Shown here: one piece after another, positions 1 to 7,937 of the stretch
Layout of the letters: each line of letters starts with the position of its first letter
Position numbering within the stretch: position 1 is the stretch's first letter
NCBI GenBank assembly: GCA_040768585.1
Contig: JAXGMQ010000001.1
Location: 2,059,224 to 2,123,223 of the forward strand
DNA from: Caldisericia bacterium
GTDB taxonomy: Bacteria; Caldisericota; Caldisericia; JAAYUI01
DNA: 64,000 nucleotides
Reading direction: 5' to 3'
Position numbers and translations under genes: made by a program
The notes under the pieces: model-generated
The model's input: the letters and a program-made list of their open reading frames with translations, nothing else
The model's database searches: none
Told to the model about the DNA's origin: nothing

Positions 1-1344
1 CCAGGAGGCGTTATTGCAAAGCCATCAGAGAAGGTAAGTTTGCAATTGACAGGCATGGGTAAAGCTGAGAGTTTTGAGGTTTCGGTCGAAGTACCCGATG
101 CTTTCTCCTCAATGGTGGAGTTTGAGATTTCTGAAACATCCATCTCGGTGCCGGAGGACGGCATCAAAAATGTTGAAATCACGCCATTTTTCAATCAGGC
201 AAAAATTCCATGCAACATTGAGTGTGTTGTCTGGTTTACGGCTGGCGCTACCAAGCTCCATGTTCCTTTTATCTGCTGGAAGGGTTTTGCAGCTTCGGAG
301 AGAAGAAACGTCACAAATTTCACTGCCACCGGCAATAAGATTGACTACTCGGTCGGCGTTGATGGAATCACCGTTGAGTACAATGTTGCGATGGGCGATT
401 TGTATTCCTATAAACCGTTTGCGTATGGTGACTATTACAAAGCCGACATGAGTGAAACAAACCAAACAGTCCTATCCAGTTGCAGGATTGACATCGTTGA
501 CGGCAACAATGACACCTGGAAAACCATTAGAAAATGTGAGAACATCGAATATGGTCACTACAAGTTCGATTGGGATGGGTTAGTCGGTGTTGGCGGTGAG
601 AAGCTTCCAAACGGAAATTATAAACTCAAACTTGCCTGGGAAGAGGCCAGGGTTGTTGAATCTGGCACAGAGAAGATGATATATACAGACACGATCGTTA
701 GTGATGGCGATTTGACTGTGACAGGTAGCAATGTCCCAGCCCCAGCCCAGTTCCATCTTTATTCCAGACCAACCAAGCCAACTGTGGATCAAAAATTTGT
801 CATTGATTTGTATCTGACTCATGCGCGAGACGTGTCCAGTTTATCGCTTGATATTGTCTACCCGATTGATGAAATCGAAATTCTGGACATCAGAGCAGGA
901 GATTTCCTAAGACTTGATGGAGCCGCTGTTGAGGAAGAGATTTTTATGGAAGAGGAAGAGGGAAGAATAAAGATCTTCGCAAAGAGGCTTTCAGATAAAG
1001 GAATCGATGGTCACGGGCTGATTGCGAGATTTGTAGCAAAGTGCTCAGACGTTGTTTTCCCAACAGCCGGATACGATAACAAGAAACTGATAGACTCTAA
1101 AGGTGAATCAATAAGTCACATGAGTTTTCCACTAAAGCTGGATATAACCGATGAGGAACAGCTAGTTGGTGACTTAAACTTTGATGGTATTGTTGATTAT
1201 ACGGATATAGTGATACTGAGTAGGTCCTATGGATTAACAAGAGAACATCCAGATTATAACTTGATTGCTGATATTAACGATGATGGAAAGGTCGATGATG
1301 CTGACCTTGAAAAACTGATTGCCAACTATGGCAAAGGGAACTGA
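1..1344 (+). CDS. Secreted surface protein, 5'-truncated by the window edge. Tentative cohesin-like beta-sandwich region followed by a C-terminal type-I dockerin module.
   Basis: Frame 1 is open from base 1 with no upstream stop, so the gene starts before the window. The C-terminus has duplicated Ca-binding dockerin segments: DLNFDGIVDYTDIVILSRSYG ... ADINDDGKVDDADLEKLIANYG. Confidence 0.6.
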   Translation, partial: PGGVIAKPSEKVSLQLTGMGKAESFEVSVEVPDAFSSMVEFEISETSISVPEDGIKNVEITPFFNQAKIPCNIECVVWFTAGATKLHVPFICWKGFAASERRNVTNFTATGNKIDYSVGVDGITVEYNVAMGDLYSYKPFAYGDYYKADMSETNQTVLSSCRIDIVDGNNDTWKTIRKCENIEYGHYKFDWDGLVGVGGEKLPNGNYKLKLAWEEARVVESGTEKMIYTDTIVSDGDLTVTGSNVPAPAQFHLYSRPTKPTVDQKFVIDLYLTHARDVSSLSLDIVYPIDEIEILDIRAGDFLRLDGAAVEEEIFMEEEEGRIKIFAKRLSDKGIDGHGLIARFVAKCSDVVFPTAGYDNKKLIDSKGESISHMSFPLKLDITDEEQLVGDLNFDGIVDYTDIVILSRSYGLTREHPDYNLIADINDDGKVDDADLEKLIANYGKGN

Positions 1345-1358
1345 GGAGTGACTAGAGA

Positions 1359-4300
1359 ATGAAAAGGATTATCAGCTTCACTTTGGTGGCACTGCTGCTT
1401 CTTTCGGTGCCGGTGGTTGTGACACATGCCAATGCCAAAAGAGACGGAAAATTCGTTGTTGAGCAGGTTTTTGGTGTGATGGATGAGGATTATGTTGGCT
1501 CATTCAACCTGCTTGGACCAAACACCGTGGAATACGATTATGAATCAGCACTTTACTACCCGATGTGTGGTATGAAGGTTACAAGTGACGGCAATGTCCT
1601 TGTTGCTGACACTGCGTATGGAAGGATTCACGTTTTTGACGGTATGCTCGACCATGAAAAGGTGTTTGGTAGCCTTGGATTTGGTGATGGCAAGCTGCAG
1701 TATCCAGTTGACATCAATACCGATTCACATGGGAACATCTACATCGCAGACTTTTACAACTCATACGTTGCTAAGTTTGACTCCGACGGCGAATTTCTTG
1801 GTAGATTTGGCGCTCACGGAGACGAAAACGGCGAGTTTATAGGTCCAGGTGGTGTTGCTGTAGACGACAATGGAAACGTGTATGTTTCAGACGGTCACAC
1901 AGCCAGAGTTCAGAAGTTTGATTCGAACTTCAATTATCTTCTTTCTTTCAACACAGACATCAACAACAGGGCACCGCTTAATGCTCCAGGACCAATTCGC
2001 ATCGGTCCAAATGGTAATATCTACGTTGCTGAGATGTCCTCTGGTCAGGTTTATAAATTCAGCGATGATGGAAAGTATCTTGGAGCAGCGCTCAAGCTTG
2101 AAAAGGGTGAGGGCGTTGGAAAACTAGGTTCGTTTGAAATCGACTCAAATGGCAAGCTCTATATGCTCAACAGAGCTCCCTCAGGCAACATTATTCTGAT
2201 AGCAGATAAGAGTGGTTCGATTCAGTCGAAGATAAGAGGCTTTATTGGTGTCGATGACATGGCTGACGGATTGGCTTTGGCATCAGATGGAACCATATAT
2301 GTTCATGTGTATGGGCAAACATCCGGAGATGATTACTTCCCGGACAGACCATTTATCTGTGGTAATGTACAAAAACTTCTTCATATTGATGAGTCCGGTA
2401 GCGTTATCGGCAAAGAACTTGAGTTCAACCCATCTGATAGTGAAAGAGGCGGTTCAATAGCCGATTGTGCGGTTTCACTTAGCGGTAATGTGTACGGTAT
2501 ATCGGTAATTTTTAGATCAGATGGTACTCCAGCAAGTAGAGTGCTTATTTGGGACAAGGATGGAGATCACATCGACACTATTGATCCAGATGATTTTGAA
2601 TTACCTGCGAATACAATTCTGTCTGCGATCACAATCGATTCCTATGATAATATTTTTGTAGCCGCAAACACTGCTGGTGGAGCCGCGATCGCGAAGCTTA
2701 ACAATCAGACTGAGGAAGTCACGATTGTTGGAAGTGGCATCCTCGAAGGCCCAACGAGCCTCTGTGTTGATGCAATGGATAACATCTATGTTGCCGACAA
2801 CACAAAGAAGTCGATTTTAGTATTTACAAGCCAGGGGCGTCTCAGGAATGAGTTTAGACTGAATATCAGACCAAACAGTGTCCACGTTGATCCCTTTAGG
2901 AATATAGTTGTAACCTCTGACTCTCAGATTGTTATCATCAACAAGAAGGGAAGAGAGATTGATAATTTTGGTGGACAGGGAAGAGCTCCAGGAAACATCT
3001 ATTTCCCATACGGTGTTCTGTTCTCTGATTCGGGTGCTGTCATCGTCTCAGATTGTGAAAATGGTAGAATCCAGGTCTTTGAGCGCGGTGAAGGTTCTGA
3101 TTATGAATTTTCTTACACCTCCGAGAGACAGTTCTACATTCCGTTTGGTATGTGCTGGGGTCCTGACAACAAGGTTTACCTCTCTGACTACTTCCATGGA
3201 GTTATCTATAGAATAGGCATCGAGGGTGAAATTCCTCCAGGAACTGGCAATGTAGGCGGAGAGCCACCTATCCCCCCACAGCCACCGGAACCAGAGACAA
3301 TCCTCTCGGACGGAGAGATTATTTTTAACCCGAATGATGTGAAGGTTCAGGTTGGTTCAAACACAAATATCGACGTTGATATCAAGTATGCCTCCAACAT
3401 CTACGGTGTTGGATTCACACTCAAGTATGACCCAAAACTCCTGAAGCTAGAGGATTGTAAACCAGGCGATTTCTTGAGTTCTGATGGAAACGAGAATCTT
3501 TTCTTCTACAAAGAGAGTGTTCCGGGAACAGTAGTTATTGGTGGACCAACTAGAACTTCGAATGTCGGTGGTATGAACGGTCAGGGAAACCTCATTAAGC
3601 TTAAGATGTCTGGCATCAAAGAGGGAGACACAACACTCGAACTCACGGATGTACTTGTCAAAGATCCTGACCTCAACAATATTCAGGTCATAACAAAGAG
3701 TTGCAGGGTCAAGATATCAGCCCAGGATAGCAAACCGCCAGAGATCAATGCAACAATTCCATCCTGCTCCTGGGAGAAATCCTACACTATAAACGGTTCA
3801 GTTGAGAGAGGTGCGACTGTCGAGATAGAGGTTTCTGGCAAGAAAACAAAGATTCCAACCAAGCCAGACGGTTCCTTCTCCTATAAGATGGATCTAAAGA
3901 CAGGCGATAATGCATTTGCACTTATTGCAACAGATGATGCTGGCAACTCCAAGAGATATGACCATGTTATCAAACTTCAGACAAAGAATGTCATCATCAT
4001 GTGGCTCAACAAAGCAAACTACATCCACAACAGTAAACCTTCGAACTTTGAAGTCCCGCCGCAGCTCATCGGTTCATCAACCTACGTGCCACTTCGTGCC
4101 CTTGGTGATATGCTCAATTGTAACACTGAGTGGGTTGCAGCCGAGAGAAAGGTTATCTACACCTATACTGATCCGTGTTCCTCTGATAAAGTCGTACTCG
4201 AAATCTGGATTGGAAAGACCGATGCCAGAAAGAATGGTGCCCCATTCACAATCAACCCTGCCCCACAGATTGTAAACAGCAGAACTCTTGTTCCACTTCG

Positions 4301-4379
4301 CGCAATCTCTGAGGGTCTTGGTGCAAAAGTCGACTGGGATGGAGCAACAAAGCAGATCACGATCACTCATCCACAGTAA
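1359..4379 (+). CDS. Secreted multidomain surface protein: signal peptide, NHL-repeat beta-propeller, cohesin-like module, Ig-like region, and two C-terminal copper-amine-oxidase-N-terminal-like (CuAO-N) anchor modules.
   Basis: GGAG ribosome-binding site precedes the ATG. Signal peptide MKRIISFTLVALLLLSVPVVVTHANA. NHL repeat signatures (GNIYIADFYNSYVAKFDSDGEFLGRFG ... GNVYVSDGHTARVQKFDSN). Cohesin-like segment (VKVQVGSNTNIDVDIKYASNIYGVGFTLKYDPKLLKLEDCKPGDF). C-terminal CuAO-N signatures YVPLRALGDMLNCNTEWVAAERKVIY and TLVPLRAISEGLGAKVDWDGATKQITI. Confidence 0.7.
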   Translation: MKRIISFTLVALLLLSVPVVVTHANAKRDGKFVVEQVFGVMDEDYVGSFNLLGPNTVEYDYESALYYPMCGMKVTSDGNVLVADTAYGRIHVFDGMLDHEKVFGSLGFGDGKLQYPVDINTDSHGNIYIADFYNSYVAKFDSDGEFLGRFGAHGDENGEFIGPGGVAVDDNGNVYVSDGHTARVQKFDSNFNYLLSFNTDINNRAPLNAPGPIRIGPNGNIYVAEMSSGQVYKFSDDGKYLGAALKLEKGEGVGKLGSFEIDSNGKLYMLNRAPSGNIILIADKSGSIQSKIRGFIGVDDMADGLALASDGTIYVHVYGQTSGDDYFPDRPFICGNVQKLLHIDESGSVIGKELEFNPSDSERGGSIADCAVSLSGNVYGISVIFRSDGTPASRVLIWDKDGDHIDTIDPDDFELPANTILSAITIDSYDNIFVAANTAGGAAIAKLNNQTEEVTIVGSGILEGPTSLCVDAMDNIYVADNTKKSILVFTSQGRLRNEFRLNIRPNSVHVDPFRNIVVTSDSQIVIINKKGREIDNFGGQGRAPGNIYFPYGVLFSDSGAVIVSDCENGRIQVFERGEGSDYEFSYTSERQFYIPFGMCWGPDNKVYLSDYFHGVIYRIGIEGEIPPGTGNVGGEPPIPPQPPEPETILSDGEIIFNPNDVKVQVGSNTNIDVDIKYASNIYGVGFTLKYDPKLLKLEDCKPGDFLSSDGNENLFFYKESVPGTVVIGGPTRTSNVGGMNGQGNLIKLKMSGIKEGDTTLELTDVLVKDPDLNNIQVITKSCRVKISAQDSKPPEINATIPSCSWEKSYTINGSVERGATVEIEVSGKKTKIPTKPDGSFSYKMDLKTGDNAFALIATDDAGNSKRYDHVIKLQTKNVIIMWLNKANYIHNSKPSNFEVPPQLIGSSTYVPLRALGDMLNCNTEWVAAERKVIYTYTDPCSSDKVVLEIWIGKTDARKNGAPFTINPAPQIVNSRTLVPLRAISEGLGAKVDWDGATKQITITHPQ

Positions 4380-4435
4380 GGTGCTCTACGGTCAACCGCT
4401 TAGCGTGTGTGTTGATTTGTGTTCTAATACAGCAG

Positions 4436-4470
4436 AAAAAGGGACGCCAGAGATGGCGTCCCTTTTTTTA
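4436..4470 (+). terminator. Rho-independent terminator following the surface-protein gene pair.
   Basis: Hairpin GGGACGCC-agagat-GGCGTCCC followed directly by TTTTTTT. Confidence 0.7.
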
Positions 4471-4542
4471 TTAGTTGCTTACACTTTGACAAGACTATAG
4501 TATTGTGCGACTTTATATGTGTGGAGAAGGTAGGATGAAAAA

Positions 4543-5553
4543 GTGAAGATCGTAATTGGCAAAAGACGAAAGAGTGTACAAAAGAAGGAAAAGATCGGGA
4601 AGATTGGATGGTTTAACAAATATCATCTCGCTAGAATGAAACGCTCTGCAAGCAGAGAGGTTCTGCGGTTTTTCGCTATTGCTATGGGCGCCATTATAAG
4701 TGGGATTTCAACCGCAGTCTTCTTCATCCCGAATCACATAGCCCCTGGTGGACTCAATAGTATCGGTATTGTCTTGAATTCAGCCTTTGGATTCAGTGTT
4801 GGTATCTCCTACTTGGTCATGAATACGCCATTTTTTGTGTGGGCCCTGTTCCTGCTAGGCTACAGGTATCTTATTCGAACTGCCTTTGCAATTGTTATCT
4901 TCACAGTCACAATTGATGTTACCTCATCGTTGCTTGCGACCTCTTACATTGGGTCTCTCCCTCTGAATGACTTGATTCTGGCGAGTGTGTTTGGCGGAGC
5001 ACTGTCGGGTGTTGGAATCGGAATCGTATACAAAAATGGCGGTAGTCTTGGTGGGACCGATGTCATCTCTCAGCTAATTCACTTTTCAACGGGGGTTCCA
5101 TATGGGACTGTCGTCCTGATGCTGGACTCACTTATGATACTTGTGCTTACAACCTACTTCGTTATTTTCCCATCTTCCCCTGGAGTGTCATCTCCTGATC
5201 TGTCTCAGGTTCGACTTGCGCTCTATTCTGGCATTTCAATGTTCGTGTTATCAAGAGTAATCGATACTGTGCAAGCTGGAATGACAGCGATAAAGATGGT
5301 CATGATAATCACAAACAACCTCGACCCCATCAGGATGGCGATACTTCACAGGATAGACAAAGGTGTGACCATCGTCGAGGCGATGGGTGGTTACAGTATG
5401 GAGAAGAAAAATATGATTATGTGTGCCGTTCCAAGGTCACAATTGAGCAGACTGAAGGAGCTTGTGATGGGTCTTGATTCAAGTGCATTCATAATGGTAA
5501 CCAATCTTTCGGAAACCAAGGGCAAGGGGTTTGAGAGAAAGTTGCCAAAATAA
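4543..5553 (+). CDS. yitT: YitT-family membrane protein (DUF161 membrane domain plus C-terminal DUF2179).
   Basis: Several transmembrane segments and the GGLNSIGIVLN motif typical of the YitT/DUF161 family. The ORF starts at GTG 4543, but the true start may be ATG 4636 (MKRSASREVLRFF...), which gives the usual short N-terminus. Confidence 0.6.
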   Translation: MKIVIGKRRKSVQKKEKIGKIGWFNKYHLARMKRSASREVLRFFAIAMGAIISGISTAVFFIPNHIAPGGLNSIGIVLNSAFGFSVGISYLVMNTPFFVWALFLLGYRYLIRTAFAIVIFTVTIDVTSSLLATSYIGSLPLNDLILASVFGGALSGVGIGIVYKNGGSLGGTDVISQLIHFSTGVPYGTVVLMLDSLMILVLTTYFVIFPSSPGVSSPDLSQVRLALYSGISMFVLSRVIDTVQAGMTAIKMVMIITNNLDPIRMAILHRIDKGVTIVEAMGGYSMEKKNMIMCAVPRSQLSRLKELVMGLDSSAFIMVTNLSETKGKGFERKLPK

Positions 5554-5565
5554 TTACTCATTTTT

Positions 5566-5595
5566 AGCCCCATTTTGGGGCTTTTAGTTTTTTAT
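5566..5595 (+). terminator. Rho-independent terminator after yitT.
   Basis: AGCCCCA-tttt-GGGGCT hairpin followed by TTTAGTTTTTTAT. Confidence 0.6.
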
Positions 5596-5663
5596 GCTTG
5601 TCCCAACACACTCAATTTGGTGGTTGTCACCAGAAATTCAACATTGAACCTTGGTACATTATT

Positions 5664-5697
5664 CACACTACATTAAAGCATACTTTAATGTAGTGTG
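5664..5697. repeat. Perfect inverted repeat (15-bp stem, 4-nt loop) in a 528-bp ORF-free region.
   Basis: CACACTACATTAAAG-cata-CTTTAATGTAGTGTG. No T-run on either side, and the sequence is strand-symmetric. Confidence 0.6.
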
Positions 5698-6081
5698 GAT
5701 AATAAAAGAAATGATGATACAAAGCCTATCAAATTGATTTTATATCTACTGATAAAAAAGTCTCGTCAGATTAGAAATGTGACACCTGTCACATGAACGA
5801 GTTTGTTCTATTAACAAAGATACACAGCAAGACGAGTCTGTTTGTATAACCGTCTCTAAGGGGGGTATTCGCAGGCTTTTGAAAGTATAGAGAAGGCTGC
5901 TAACCTCTTGTTGTGTTTGGGGGGGGTATTGATTCATGGAAAGAACTTTCTCGACCACAAAACCCCACACCTTTTAAACATTCCATGCAAGAGCCGCGGA
6001 ATGCTTAAAGGGGGAACGCTTGCGAGTGACTCACAATACAAAACCCCTTCACAAGCAAAAATAGAGCTGGTACCTAATTGG

Positions 6082-6396
6082 CTACTTGTAGAATAATTTA
6101 CAAAAGCAGTGACCGTCTTTTTCAATCTCTGCATCGCAGTCACCACACGGACAAATCACATCTTTATGAGTATCAATAGGATGGCTCTGCTTACAGGGGC
6201 AAAACATCTTGCCAGTTTCTACGAGGTTGTTAGTCATAAGTCCGACAACTTTCTCGACTCGCTCATCGTCTGGATTGAGCTTGACTGATTTACTCTGTGC
6301 AATCTTTTTCACTTGCTCTAGAAGCTCAAAGAAGTCCTTCTCATGCGTTGTCCACTGATTCATTTTGGTTACCTTTCTTGTCGCTTTCACCAACAT
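6082..6396 (-). CDS. Ferredoxin:thioredoxin reductase catalytic-subunit-like protein (standalone FTR-like redox protein, 104 aa).
   Basis: CPCK...CPCGDC...GHCFCKLF matches the CPC/CPC/CHC Fe-S and redox-disulfide signature of FTR catalytic subunits. No FTR variable subunit lies nearby. Confidence 0.55.
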   Translation of the reverse strand: MLVKATRKVTKMNQWTTHEKDFFELLEQVKKIAQSKSVKLNPDDERVEKVVGLMTNNLVETGKMFCPCKQSHPIDTHKDVICPCGDCDAEIEKDGHCFCKLFYK

Positions 6397-6581
6397 AAAA
6401 ATTCTTAAGTGGATGTTAGTCTACAGACCAATATCCCGCCAAATCTTTATAGGTCAACACCACATACTCTAAATAAAGGGAGATATCGAGAGTGGGAAAA
6501 ACATCCAATGTCCGAAAAAGAACCTCATGCATGCGCCGTGTGATGTGGTGGGGGTGGGGGAAATAATATAACCTGTGTTCC

Positions 6582-7847
6582 TTAGTTATCTTTGTTTGGA
6601 TAGTATGTTTCAACCTCCTCGAAGTTGACCCTATACATGTTTTCATTGTCACACATAATAAAATATCCCATATATTCACCAAAAGCAAACATATCATCCA
6701 AGACAATACTTGGAGATAAGTCTGCTGTACCCAAATCGGCAATCACTATTTTATCGAATCCACGATAAATAAGTAATATATTGTTGTTTTTAGATTTTAG
6801 CACTGTTGCTGAGTAATAGTTATCGTATAGAATACTTGATAGTACATGATATGTTTCACCAAGATCAACTTCATTCCTTTCAATAGGATAGCCACTTGCT
6901 GTATACACCCGATTAATAAACACAATCCCATCTTTGGTAACAGCATGAGAGTCGAAGAATTCAACAACATCATCGACTCTACACTCATATAGGAGTATAT
7001 CTCCAAGAGATTCTCCTCTTTTTGTTTTAATGTCATAGAAAGCATCAAAGAGATACACCCTATTCCCTACACACACTGGGATAAAATATTGCTTTCCAAA
7101 AACTGTAGTTTTAGTGATTAATCCTGATTTCTCAACATCCTCATCGAACTCATAATACTCCCTTGTTTTAAACTCATCAAAGAGAGTGTATGAACAGAAC
7201 TTATTCTCATAAATGCAATAATTCCAAACTTCTAGGAAGTGAATTTTGCTCTCAAGTTCATATTTGTACTTCAATGTTCCATCGATGTTGTATGTGTATA
7301 TTGTGTTTGTCTCATCATCCAGGCAAGATACAGCATAATCACCATCTTCATTTGTTGATACTCTAATAAATTGTTGCATGGATTCTATCTCTACATCTGT
7401 TAGTACATCAATGCCCTCATCAGCATAATCATCCCTGTCTACTTCTATTCTGATTATCATTAATCTATAGGTAGAGTCTTTTTCGTATATCAGATTGAGA
7501 TGACAATATATAGTTGTTGCATTTGGGAGACTATTTATTAACGAATAACCATAATTATCCATATAGGAGTCTATCAGATTGCCCTCAAATGGAATGACTC
7601 CTGGTGTTCCCTCAAACAGAGAGTTTGAGTAGAGCTTGATTTCATTGTCATCAAGTACAATAGGTTTTTTTGGTCTGAAAGTAGACTCTAAACCTCTTGA
7701 AACACATTCAATCATTACCCCATCAAATTCCCTATCTCCATATCTCTCAAGCTCAAAACTCTCAAAGAAGATATCGACATGGGAGCAAGAACATACTAGA
7801 AGGAGTACGCTAAATAATACAATCGATATCATTCCAAGTCTTTTCAA
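6582..7847 (-). CDS. Hypothetical secreted protein or lipoprotein, AT-rich and probably horizontally acquired.
   Basis: N-terminal signal MKRLGMISIVLFSVLLLVCSCS with a possible lipobox. Base composition is visibly more AT-rich than the flanking genes. No domain recognised. Confidence 0.5.
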   Translation of the reverse strand: MKRLGMISIVLFSVLLLVCSCSHVDIFFESFELERYGDREFDGVMIECVSRGLESTFRPKKPIVLDDNEIKLYSNSLFEGTPGVIPFEGNLIDSYMDNYGYSLINSLPNATTIYCHLNLIYEKDSTYRLMIIRIEVDRDDYADEGIDVLTDVEIESMQQFIRVSTNEDGDYAVSCLDDETNTIYTYNIDGTLKYKYELESKIHFLEVWNYCIYENKFCSYTLFDEFKTREYYEFDEDVEKSGLITKTTVFGKQYFIPVCVGNRVYLFDAFYDIKTKRGESLGDILLYECRVDDVVEFFDSHAVTKDGIVFINRVYTASGYPIERNEVDLGETYHVLSSILYDNYYSATVLKSKNNNILLIYRGFDKIVIADLGTADLSPSIVLDDMFAFGEYMGYFIMCDNENMYRVNFEEVETYYPNKDN

Positions 7848-7937
7848 AATGAACCTCCCGAAAACAAAACCCCCTACATATCAGTCTATTTGCAGGGGGT
7901 TCGAGTTACTCATCTACATCCTTATCACACACATACC

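Noticed and set aside
74-465. Overlapping 118–125 aa ORFs on both strands at the start of the window.
   Set aside because: They are contained within the 5'-truncated surface-protein ORF, which has clear dockerin and cohesin features in frame 1. The alternatives show no domain signal.
5746-6146. Small ORFs (62–74 aa) in the 528-bp intergenic region.
   Set aside because: They have no ribosome-binding sites, mutually overlap on both strands, and give low-complexity translations. The region is better explained as structured non-coding DNA, covered in the findings.
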